The notes under the pieces: generated by a model | What the model saw: the letters and a program-made list of their open reading frames with translations, nothing else | The model's database searches: none | What the model was told of the DNA's origin: nothing | In this document: positions 45,693 through 53,721 of the stretch, one piece after another | How the letters are laid out: each line of letters starts with the position of its first letter | How positions within the stretch are numbered: position 1 is the stretch's first letter | Source of the DNA: Dehalococcoidia bacterium | Lineage (GTDB): Bacteria; Chloroflexota; Dehalococcoidia; Bin125 | Reading direction: 5' to 3' | DNA length: 64,000 bases | Assembly (NCBI GenBank): GCA_965204335.1 | Contig: OZ241982.1 | Span: forward strand, 2,889,691 to 2,953,690 | Translations under genes and position numbers: made by a program

Positions 45693-46166
45693 GTGGCGGC
45701 TGAAGAACGCGCGGCCCTGCTCGCGCGCTACCGCGCAGCCCCGAAGCTGCTGACCGAGGCGGTCGCCGGATCGTCGATCGCGCAGCTCGACGGCCTGCCG
45801 CCTGAGCCCGGCTGGACCGCTCGCGAGAACGTGCATCACGTCTCCGACATCGCCGTGATGGGCGCCCTGAGGCTGCGGCTGATGCTGCTCGACATCGAGG
45901 TCGAGATGTGGCCGACCGATCAGGACACGATGCAGAAACGGCTGCGCAACGACAGGCGGCCAATCGGTCCGGCGCTCAAGACCGTCGAAGGGCTCGTCGA
46001 GTCGGCCGTCTCGATCCTCGGTACGTTGCGCGAGGATGAATGGACGCAGCCCCGCCCGGTGCCGGTGGCGCGATCGGCCAGCATCGAGGACTGGCTGGCC
46101 GCCAACACGCGCCACATCGAGCAGCACATCGACCAGATCCGATACGCCCTGACCGGCACCTGCTAG
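45693..46166 (+). CDS. DinB_2/YfiT-like family protein (1 of 3 tandem paralogs)
   Basis: 4-helix-bundle-sized ORF with a conserved His triad (…NVHHVSD…, …TRHIEQHIDQI…). Confidence 0.6.
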   Translation: MAAEERAALLARYRAAPKLLTEAVAGSSIAQLDGLPPEPGWTARENVHHVSDIAVMGALRLRLMLLDIEVEMWPTDQDTMQKRLRNDRRPIGPALKTVEGLVESAVSILGTLREDEWTQPRPVPVARSASIEDWLAANTRHIEQHIDQIRYALTGTC

Positions 46167-46176
46167 GGCGCGGCCC

Positions 46177-46644
46177 ATGACTGAACGTCCGGCGTTGCTG
46201 GCGGAGTACCTCGAGGCGACCAACGAGATCGAGGTCGTGCTGGAGGAACTATCCGAGTCCGAGCTGGAGGCGCGAGAGAACCCGCACGAGTGGTCGATCC
46301 GCCAGATCGTCCACCACCTGGCCGACGTCGAGGTTGGCGACGCCATGCGTCTGCGACTGATGATCGCCCATGACGGACCACTGATCACCGCGTACGACGA
46401 GAGCCTCTTCGCCGAGCGGCTCCACTATGAGCGGCCGATTGAGGTGTCGCTGACCCTGTTCTCGCAGTTGCGAGCGTCCAACGTCGAGCTGGTCGAGCGT
46501 CTGACGGAGGCCGAGTGGTCGAGGCACGGCTGGCATGAGGAGCACGAGCGCTACTCGATCGAGATACTGGTCGACCGCAGCATCGCCCACGACCGCGCGC
46601 ACCTCGCGCAGATCCGGCGCGCGCTCCAGGCGGAGAGGAATTGA
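46177..46644 (+). CDS. DinB_2/YfiT-like family protein (2 of 3)
   Basis: …IRQIVHHLADVE…DRSIAHDRAHLAQI… matches the DinB-family His pattern. Confidence 0.6.
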   Translation: MTERPALLAEYLEATNEIEVVLEELSESELEARENPHEWSIRQIVHHLADVEVGDAMRLRLMIAHDGPLITAYDESLFAERLHYERPIEVSLTLFSQLRASNVELVERLTEAEWSRHGWHEEHERYSIEILVDRSIAHDRAHLAQIRRALQAERN

Positions 46645-47231
46645 GCATGACGACGCAAACCTACACCCAACAGGACGTCGATGACCTGCTCTCCAAGATG
46701 GCGCTCGAGCGGAGCAAGCTGCTGGCCGCGGCCGAAGCGTTGCGCGGCGACGACGCCGACCGCGTGCCGGTCGACGCCGTCGGCGAGGAACAGTGGACCG
46801 CCAAGGAACAACTGGCGCACCTCTGGGAGATGGAGCGCGGCTACATCGCCTGGTGTCGAGCCGGACAGGTGCAGAGCGGCGTCGATGCCTCGGACATCCG
46901 CGGCGAACCGGTCGACATTCCGATCGAGCGCGCGCCGCAGCATTCCGTCCGCGAGTTGCTGGATTCGCTGATCGAGGAACGTGCGAGGACGAACGACTAC
47001 ATCCGCTCGCTCACGCTGGACGAGTTTGCGCACACCGCATCGACGCCCGGCTTCGGCGAACTCACGCTGATGCAGTGGCTGCGCTCGTTCTATCGCCACG
47101 ACCGGATGCACACCGCCCAGATCGAGGGCCGGCAGTCGGACTATCGACCGCAGTACCAGGGCGGGCAGGAAGCGAATCAGCGGCAGATGCGGATCGATCA
47201 GGTGGCTCAGCGTCGGACTTCCCTGCGGTAG
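46641..47231 (+). CDS. DinB_2-like family protein (3 of 3)
   Basis: …QLAHLWEMERGYI… and …FYRHDRMHTAQI…. 4-nt overlap with the previous gene. Confidence 0.55.
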   Translation: MSMTTQTYTQQDVDDLLSKMALERSKLLAAAEALRGDDADRVPVDAVGEEQWTAKEQLAHLWEMERGYIAWCRAGQVQSGVDASDIRGEPVDIPIERAPQHSVRELLDSLIEERARTNDYIRSLTLDEFAHTASTPGFGELTLMQWLRSFYRHDRMHTAQIEGRQSDYRPQYQGGQEANQRQMRIDQVAQRRTSLR

Positions 47232-47240
47232 CATCCCCAC

Positions 47241-47666
47241 ATGAGCCAGCAAGACGACCCCGCGCTGCAACCCGACTCGGTCTCCGACTGGGCCGAATGG
47301 GGCCGCCGACAGAGCAGCCGCTGGGGCAAGGAGTTCAGCGGCCGGGCGCAGGGCTGGCGCAGCGAAGCCTGGTCCTGGAGTCATCCTCGGGAGCGGCCGC
47401 CCCAGCCCTGGTGGAGCCGCCTCTTCTGGAGCGTCTTCAATATCCCGATTGCCGCGATCGGCTCCATCCTGCTCGTCGGCCTCATTCTCATGGCCGCGAG
47501 CGCCGCCCTGCTCTGCGGCTCGCTGCTCGTCTGGCTGGCCTGCGGGGCCGGCGGCGCGGCCTTCGCCAGCCGGCGCGGATGGCCCGCGCAGGTGGGAGCC
47601 CTGCTCGGCTTCGGCCTCGGTCCGATCGGATTGCTGCTCGCCCGACGCTTGCCGGTCAGACGCTAA
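47241..47666 (+). CDS. small membrane protein
   Basis: Trp/Arg-rich N-terminus followed by two hydrophobic helices. Confidence 0.4.
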   Translation: MSQQDDPALQPDSVSDWAEWGRRQSSRWGKEFSGRAQGWRSEAWSWSHPRERPPQPWWSRLFWSVFNIPIAAIGSILLVGLILMAASAALLCGSLLVWLACGAGGAAFASRRGWPAQVGALLGFGLGPIGLLLARRLPVRR

Positions 47667-47670
47667 CCGC

Positions 47671-48117
47671 CTACAGACATCCGGCCTCGCTCAACGTCCG
47701 GCGGAGGTCGTCGGGCAAGTCCTCGATCGCCCGGCGGAGTTGCGTCGCGATTCGGACTGCGCTCAAGCCGAACGCGAGAGGATTGGCAAGTTCGTCCGAC
47801 GGATGCTCGCCGGCCACTCCGACGACGAACTCGAGCGTCTTCAGGCTGACTCGGTGAAAGGTCGCCAGTTCGTCCGGGGCCTCGACGCTTCGCAGCCGCT
47901 CGATCGACGGCGTTCCGATCTCCACGATGTCGCCCCAGGTGACATTGTCGGGCTCGATCAACTCCGCTGCAGACGCGATGCCCCCTGCGCAGAATCGGGC
48001 GTACTCTTCGACGCTCAACCGCTCGCCTCCGCCGCAGGCGGCGACCAGGACCGGAATTATGGACAACGTCGCCAGCACTCGAAGTCGCATCGCGTTCCTG
48101 ATTGTCACTCGTCCCAA
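47671..48117 (-). CDS. lipoprotein (putative)
   Basis: Signal peptide with lipobox LVAACGG. Confidence 0.5.
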   Translation of the reverse strand: MGRVTIRNAMRLRVLATLSIIPVLVAACGGGERLSVEEYARFCAGGIASAAELIEPDNVTWGDIVEIGTPSIERLRSVEAPDELATFHRVSLKTLEFVVGVAGEHPSDELANPLAFGLSAVRIATQLRRAIEDLPDDLRRTLSEAGCL

Positions 48118-48169
48118 TCGTCAGTCGTTCTCTCTCCTATTATCTTGAGCCTGTAGCAGGAGGCTGCCG

Positions 48170-49159
48170 ATGACCGCGCCGTATCGGGTGTTCGTGACTC
48201 GCGTGCTACCTGGCAACGGATTTGCCGAACTGGTCGACGATCCGGCTTTCGACCTCGACGTCTGGCCGGTCGACTTTCCTCCGACGCGAGACCAGCTGCT
48301 GGAGCACGTCGTCGGCGTCGATGCCCTGGTCTGCCTGATCACCGACACCATCGATGCCGAGGTCCTGGATGCGGCGGGCGAGCAACTCAAGGTCGTCTCC
48401 CAGATGGCGGTCGGCGTCGATAACGTCGATGTCGCCGCCTGCACGGCACGCGGGATTCCCGTCGGCAACACGCCCGGCGTCCTGACTGAGACGACGGCGG
48501 ACATGGCCTGGGCGCTCATCCTGTCCTCGGCGCGGCGCGTGGTCGAGGCGGCCGAGTACGTCAAGGACGGCGAGTGGAGGACCTGGACGCCGACCCAGAT
48601 GGCTGGCATCGACGTGTTCGGCTCGACCCTCGGCATCGTCGGATTCGGCGCCATTGGACAGGCGATCGCGCGGCGGGCGCAGGGATTCGGAATGCGCGTG
48701 CTGTGCTGGAATCGCACGCCGCGACCGGACGAAGCCGCGGCCGTCGGCGCGGAGCAATGCGCATTCGACGACGTGCTGTCGCAATCGGACTTCGTCTGCG
48801 TCAGCATCGCCCTGACCGACGACACCCGGAAACTGATAGACGCCCGCGCCTTCGAACTGATGAAGCCCGACGCCATCCTGGTCAACACGGCGCGCGGTCC
48901 AATCGTCGACGAGGAAGCGCTGGTCGAAGCGCTGCGAGCGGGACAGATCGGCGGGGCGGGGCTGGACGTGACGGCAATCGAGCCGCTCTCCATGGACTCG
49001 CCGCTGCTGACGATGAGCAACGTCGTCGTGCTGCCGCACATCGGCTCCGCCTCGATGGCGACGCGCGGCAAGATGGCCGACATCGCGGTTGCCAACCTGC
49101 GGGCCGCGCTTGCTGGCGAGCCGTTGCTCCACTCGGTCTCTCCGGCGGTGGGCGGCTGA
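48170..49159 (+). CDS. D-isomer-specific 2-hydroxyacid dehydrogenase (glyoxylate/hydroxypyruvate reductase-like)
   Basis: NAD-binding motif GIVGFGAIGQAIARRA, then ...ARGPIVDEEAL... and catalytic LPHIGSAS. Confidence 0.8.
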   Translation: MTAPYRVFVTRVLPGNGFAELVDDPAFDLDVWPVDFPPTRDQLLEHVVGVDALVCLITDTIDAEVLDAAGEQLKVVSQMAVGVDNVDVAACTARGIPVGNTPGVLTETTADMAWALILSSARRVVEAAEYVKDGEWRTWTPTQMAGIDVFGSTLGIVGFGAIGQAIARRAQGFGMRVLCWNRTPRPDEAAAVGAEQCAFDDVLSQSDFVCVSIALTDDTRKLIDARAFELMKPDAILVNTARGPIVDEEALVEALRAGQIGGAGLDVTAIEPLSMDSPLLTMSNVVVLPHIGSASMATRGKMADIAVANLRAALAGEPLLHSVSPAVGG

Positions 49160-49839
49160 TGGCGGACCCCGGCCGGCCCGCCTGGACGCCGCAGGGCGAG
49201 GAACCCGGCAACCTCTGGCTGGCGCGCGCGCTGTGGGACTCGGGCGGGATCATGTTCGGCGACTTCGATCTCGGCGCGACCCTCGGCTCGCCGGTCTACA
49301 TCAACGTCCGACGGCTCATCGCGCACCCCTGGGCGCTGCGCCGGATCGGTGAGCTGCTCCACGACGAGACCCGCATGCTGGGCGGCATGCTGCGACCCAC
49401 GATCGCCCCGTTCGAACTGATCGCCGGCGTCCCGATGGGCGGTCTGCACGCGGCCACGGCGTTCTCGCTCTCCAGCAACGTGCCGATGATCTACGTCCAC
49501 CCGACCAGCCAGATCCGCCACGTCGCCGAGGAGATCGAAGGCGCATACTATCCCGGCCAGACCGTGATCCTGGTCGACGACCTGATGACCCGCGGCGGCT
49601 CGCTCGCCGAAACCGCCGACCTGCTGCGCTCGGCCGGCCTGATGGTGCACGACGCGTTCGTCCTGATCGACCGCGGCGCGGGCGGCGTCGAGCGGCTGCG
49701 CCGCGAAGGCGTCAAGGTGCATTCCCTGCTGACGCTGGAGGGACTGCTGAACTACCTGCTCTCAAGGGAACTGATCACCGAGGCGATGTACGCCAAGTGC
49801 CTGACCTGGCTGGAAAGCGTGCGGGAGGGCGATCGATGA
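49159..49839 (+). CDS. pyrE: orotate phosphoribosyltransferase
   Basis: Start ATG at 49159 overlaps the upstream stop (TGATG). PRPP-binding loop VILVDDLMTRGGSL. The annotated ORF's 5' extension is rejected. Confidence 0.8.
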   Translation: MADPGRPAWTPQGEEPGNLWLARALWDSGGIMFGDFDLGATLGSPVYINVRRLIAHPWALRRIGELLHDETRMLGGMLRPTIAPFELIAGVPMGGLHAATAFSLSSNVPMIYVHPTSQIRHVAEEIEGAYYPGQTVILVDDLMTRGGSLAETADLLRSAGLMVHDAFVLIDRGAGGVERLRREGVKVHSLLTLEGLLNYLLSRELITEAMYAKCLTWLESVREGDR

Positions 49840-50597
49840 GGCTGCTGCAGACGCTGCTTGCGTTTGTGACGGGCGCCATCGCCGCGATCATGTGGCTCGA
49901 TCGCCAGACATCGCCGGATCGTTCGCGTCCCGCTCCGCCGCCGCCCGCTCCCCCGCCGGAACCGCAGCGTGTCGTCGAAGAGGTCGTCGTTCCCGATCCC
50001 GAACAGGCGGCGCGGATCGATCAGCTTGAGGCGGAACTCGCCGAGCAGCGCGCCGTTCGAGCTTCGGAGCCGGGCGATGCGCATCCCGGCGTCGACGCCA
50101 TCCGAGCGGCTCGCATCCGTGCGCTGGAGCTGGAGCGGGAGCTCTCCCGCCAACGCGGCGACTCGATGGAGCACTGGTCTCAGCTCGATCCGCCGGCGGC
50201 CGACGAGCTGGTGGATTCGGTCGCCGAGCATCTGCCCAGGGTCGCGCTCTGGATCACGCCCGACTCACTGGACGCGAACGAGCTCTGGCAGGCGCTCGGG
50301 GCGATGCAGGAGTTCGCCGAGGCCTCGGGCGGCGCCTGGTTCGAGTTCGACGGAGACTTCGCCCGCTGGTGCGCCGAAAGCGGCCACCCCCACGCGCTGG
50401 ACCCCGACGCCCCCGGCGACGACCACCATCACCCCAGTTTCGACGTCGAGCCCAGGGTCAACCGCTCCGGCCGGATGGTCGTCCCCACCTACGTCAACGT
50501 CGAAGCCGCAAGGCTCTACTACGTCGACGACATCGCCGGCGAGACAGGCCGCATGCACGTGGTCGGCCTCGCTCACCGTCGAGCAGTGAACACGTGA
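49836..50597 (+). CDS. membrane-anchored hypothetical protein
   Basis: ATG at 49836 overlaps the pyrE stop (ATGA). N-terminal TM LLQTLLAFVTGAIAAIMWL, a Pro-rich linker, and a C-terminal domain of unknown function. Confidence 0.45.
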   Translation: MRLLQTLLAFVTGAIAAIMWLDRQTSPDRSRPAPPPPAPPPEPQRVVEEVVVPDPEQAARIDQLEAELAEQRAVRASEPGDAHPGVDAIRAARIRALELERELSRQRGDSMEHWSQLDPPAADELVDSVAEHLPRVALWITPDSLDANELWQALGAMQEFAEASGGAWFEFDGDFARWCAESGHPHALDPDAPGDDHHHPSFDVEPRVNRSGRMVVPTYVNVEAARLYYVDDIAGETGRMHVVGLAHRRAVNT

Positions 50598-50845
50598 CAG
50601 GCCGGGGTGTCGGCGTCGGGGGCGAGGACTCCGCTGGCGGGGTGGTTGCAGGTTCCTCGGCCTCCCATGGTGTCAGCTCCGGGTGGGAGCCACTCGAGGC
50701 AGTTGCCGCATTGCCTCGGGAGCGCCGGTTTCGGCTGCTCGTCAAGCACGATCAGTTCCCGACGCTCGCGGCGCGACTCCCTCGTGGAGTGAAATCGTCT
50801 CGGGCGCTGGCCGGGACGTCGGCCCTTGCGATTACGGCGCGGCAC
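50573..50845 (-). CDS. small basic Cys4 protein (possible zinc ribbon); low confidence
   Basis: 90 aa. Arg-rich N-terminus, then QCGNCLEW...GTCNHP...ACHVF (4 Cys). 10 nt downstream of the 50856 zinc-ribbon gene. Could be a GC-driven artefact. Confidence 0.3.
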   Translation of the reverse strand: MPRRNRKGRRPGQRPRRFHSTRESRRERRELIVLDEQPKPALPRQCGNCLEWLPPGADTMGGRGTCNHPASGVLAPDADTPACHVFTARR

Positions 50846-50855
50846 GTCGGCGGTC

Positions 50856-51383
50856 CTACTGTCGAGCCAGGGCGTAGCGGTCGGCGTTGAGCAGCATCGA
50901 CAGCGCCGAAAGCCAGCGGTCGCGCACGACGGTGTAGTCGCGTCCGGTGCGCCGGTTGGGGTTGCGCGGCACGCGGTGACCGTAGGGTCGGCGCATGGCG
51001 TAGTGCGAGCCGATCCACTCGGTCCGCAGCGTGCGATCCGCTTGCGGCGCCCAGCGGACGCGCAGCCGCGTGCGCCGGGCGCGCTTGCGATTCGGCGGCG
51101 TCCATTTGATCACCAGGTCGCGCCCGCGCGAGGGCTTGACGTGCTCGACCGACGAGGCGGGGATGTGAATCAGGGGACGGCCGTCCTCGCGCAGGAAGGT
51201 GACGCCGTCCACGTCGAGGATCAGGTCGCCCTGGTGATCGGTGAACGGGATCGGGCTGACCAGCGTCGCCGCGTCGCGGCTGGGCAGCGCGATCGGCCGC
51301 AACTCCGCCACATCGGCCCCGCATCGGTGGCAGGCGTAGCGGCCGTCAAAGGTCTCCTGGTGGCAGGCGGGACAGATTTTCAT
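50856..51383 (-). CDS. zinc-ribbon-containing hypothetical protein
   Basis: N-terminal MKICPACHQETFDGRYACHRCG (CPxC...CxxC), followed by ~150 aa of unknown, very Arg-rich sequence. Confidence 0.45.
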   Translation of the reverse strand: MKICPACHQETFDGRYACHRCGADVAELRPIALPSRDAATLVSPIPFTDHQGDLILDVDGVTFLREDGRPLIHIPASSVEHVKPSRGRDLVIKWTPPNRKRARRTRLRVRWAPQADRTLRTEWIGSHYAMRRPYGHRVPRNPNRRTGRDYTVVRDRWLSALSMLLNADRYALARQ

Positions 51384-51433
51384 GGCCGCTCCGACCTCAG
51401 CTTAGGGAGACATGCAGCAACACGATCCGAAGT

Positions 51434-51563
51434 CGGCCCCGCGCAGGCGGGGCCCCATCGCGCCAGCGGATCGCGACGCCTCCGCGTGCGCGGGGGCGAC
51501 GCCTACGGCCTGACGCGGGAAGCCCCCTCAGTCGCTTCGAGACAGCTCCCCCAGAGGGGGAGC
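51434..51563. repeat. three GC hairpins including GGCCCCGC-GCAG-GCGGGGCC
   Basis: Perfect 8-bp stems at 51434-51453 and 51545-51563 (GCTCCCCC-AGA-GGGGGAGC). The first is the reverse-orientation twin of the hairpin at 60035. Confidence 0.6.
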
Positions 51564-51572
51564 TCGTTGCTT

Positions 51573-52709
51573 CTAGACGCCTACCGGGGAGCCGAACCTC
51601 TCGATCAGCTCTTCGGCCTGGCTGACCATGTGGTCGACGACCTCGGTGGCGGGGCGAATGGCCTTGATCAGGCCGGCTCCGTTGCCGGCGGGTCCGCCGA
51701 CAAGCTCTTCGATGTGCGCTTCGCGGGCTCCGCGCAGGGCCTCGCCGACGAGCATTCCCTGGAGCGGCATCGGCAGCGTGGGCGGCGCCTCGGGGCGCTC
51801 CCACGCTTCAGTCCAGGCGTTGTACATGTGGCGCATCGTCTTGCCCGAGTACATCCGACCAATGCGGGTGTCCTCGTCGACGGCGGCGAGCAGCTTGTCC
51901 CACTGGACCTTGCGCGTCCACTCGTCGGTCTCGCCGCGCTCCTCCGAGTCCTGGTAGGCCTCCCACGTGCCGAGGAACGCGGTGCCGCACCAGATCGCCT
52001 CGGCGCCGAGCGCGAGGGCGGCGAGCAGGCCGCGGCCGTCCATGATCCCGCCCGCGGCGATCGTCTTGGTCGGGGCGATGGCGTCGGCGACCTGCGGGAC
52101 GAGGGCGAGGGTGCCGATCCGTCCGGTGTGACCGCCGGCCTCGGTGCCCTGCGCCACGACCGCGTCGACCTTGGCGGCGGCGACGCGCCGCGCGTTGCGT
52201 GTGTTGCCGACCAGGCCGATCACCTTCATGCCCTGCGCGTGAGCATCATCGACCATCCAGCCCGGGCTGCCCAGACCGGAGGCGAAGACGGGCACGTTCT
52301 CGTCGAGGATGACCTCGACCTGCTTGCGGAAGTAGTCCTGCGTCAGCGGCGGGCGGTCGAGCGGCTCCGAGGGGTCGGGAATCTCGAACTCCTGCTTGAG
52401 CTGATCGACGAAGTGGTGATGCTCGGCCGAGATCTCGAGCTCGAGGTCCTCGCGGTTGCCCGAATCGGCGATCGAGGACGGCAGCAGCAGGTCGACGCCG
52501 AACGGCTTGTCGGTCAGCGAGCGGACCTTGGCGATCATGCCGTGCAACTCGTCGGGCGTGTAGCCGGTCGCACCGACCACGCCCAGTCCACCGGCCTCCG
52601 AGACGGCGGCAGCCAGGGTCGGGCCAGCGGCGCCGCCCATCCCGGCGAGGATGACCGGGATCTCGATGCCGAGCATGTCGCAGAGTTCAGTCTTAAGTGG
52701 GGAAGCCAT
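51573..52709 (-). CDS. nitronate monooxygenase (NMO, 2-nitropropane dioxygenase) family protein
   Basis: …IPVILAGMGGAAGPTLAAAVSEAGGLGVVGA… FMN-binding TIM-barrel signature and …AQGTEAGGHTG…. Confidence 0.8.
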   Translation of the reverse strand: MASPLKTELCDMLGIEIPVILAGMGGAAGPTLAAAVSEAGGLGVVGATGYTPDELHGMIAKVRSLTDKPFGVDLLLPSSIADSGNREDLELEISAEHHHFVDQLKQEFEIPDPSEPLDRPPLTQDYFRKQVEVILDENVPVFASGLGSPGWMVDDAHAQGMKVIGLVGNTRNARRVAAAKVDAVVAQGTEAGGHTGRIGTLALVPQVADAIAPTKTIAAGGIMDGRGLLAALALGAEAIWCGTAFLGTWEAYQDSEERGETDEWTRKVQWDKLLAAVDEDTRIGRMYSGKTMRHMYNAWTEAWERPEAPPTLPMPLQGMLVGEALRGAREAHIEELVGGPAGNGAGLIKAIRPATEVVDHMVSQAEELIERFGSPVGV

Positions 52710-53040
52710 ACGCGACCTTTCCGTGAGTCGTCGGTGTGAGCGGGGTTTGGACGTATGGTACCAGCGCCTCGTGGGACGACTTCGGCCCTGCCTATAGTGG
52801 ATTCATGGAAGCCAGAGCAACGGCCACGGCCTGGTTCAAGATCGAGCAGAAGACGATCTACGCGGTCGCGCTGATCGCGGTGTGCCTGTTGCTGGCGTCG
52901 GTGGCCCTCGCCTGGTCGGCGGCGAGATCTCGAGGGCAAGAGAGGGAATCGGCGGACGAGCGCGACGTGACCGAAGTTGATAGGGCGCGGATACCTGACT
53001 AATCTTGGGATGAACGAGCACGGGGAGGGGAAGGTGCGAG

Positions 53041-53292
53041 ATGTCAGGACCCTGGCAAGCGGAACAGGTGGGCGGACACTTCAGCGAGATGTTGGCCGCA
53101 AGCCTGACAGACGAACCGCAGATCGTCACTTGCGACGGCGCGGAGACAGCAGTGTTGGTCTCGATTGAGACCTGGCGCGACATGCGCAAGCGCATGAATC
53201 TCTCATTGAAGGAGTGGCTCCTCGCCCCTGAAGCTCGCGGCGAGATCCCGATTCCGGATCGGTCAGACTGGGGTTCCCGTCTGAGCGATTGA
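53041..53292 (+). CDS. Phd/YefM-type antitoxin
   Basis: 83 aa. …FSEMLAASLTDEPQIVTCDGAETAVLVSIETWRDM… is typical of Phd_YefM. GAGGGGAAGG RBS. Stop 2 nt before the vapC start. Confidence 0.6.
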   Translation: MSGPWQAEQVGGHFSEMLAASLTDEPQIVTCDGAETAVLVSIETWRDMRKRMNLSLKEWLLAPEARGEIPIPDRSDWGSRLSD

Positions 53293-53294
53293 GC

Positions 53295-53702
53295 ATGTAC
53301 TTACTGGACACCAACGTGGTTTCGGAGTTGCGCAAACCACGACCTGCTCCGGTCGTGCTCGATTGGCTGAACGCCAATGAGGACGCGGGCCTCTACATCA
53401 GCGCCGTGATGGTCGGGGAGATTCAGGCCGGCATCGAGCGTGCACGTCGACAGGATCCGATCAGAGCCGCCGAACTGGAGAGATGGTTGAACCTGGACAT
53501 CCTGGCCGGCTTCGAGGTTGTGGACATGGATGCGAGAGCGTTCCGCCAATGGGCGCGCGTCATGCAGGGACGGTCCATCACCTTGATGCTCGACGTGATG
53601 ATCGCAGCCATCGCTAGTGTGAACCAACTCGTCGTAGTCACCCGAAACGTAAGAGACTTTGATCAACTCGGTGTGACGGTGATGAACCCGTTTGAGGATT
53701 AG
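53295..53702 (+). CDS. vapC: VapC PIN-domain ribonuclease toxin
   Basis: MYLLDTNVVSELRK start and conserved acidic residues of the PIN domain (D6, E, D, …TRNVRDF). Confidence 0.8.
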   Translation: MYLLDTNVVSELRKPRPAPVVLDWLNANEDAGLYISAVMVGEIQAGIERARRQDPIRAAELERWLNLDILAGFEVVDMDARAFRQWARVMQGRSITLMLDVMIAAIASVNQLVVVTRNVRDFDQLGVTVMNPFED

Positions 53703-53721
53703 ACCCTGTTGCGTGGCCCGT

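Noticed and set aside
48574-49158. 5' extension of the pyrE ORF (annotated from 48574).
   Set aside because: It overlaps the 2-hydroxyacid dehydrogenase gene in another frame. The PyrE homology begins at ATG 49159, overlapping the upstream stop.
52736-53002. 88-aa ORF between the NMO gene and vapB, containing a hydrophobic helix.
   Set aside because: It has no RBS, the start is ambiguous, and there is no recognisable motif. Left uncalled. It could be a small membrane protein, but support is insufficient.
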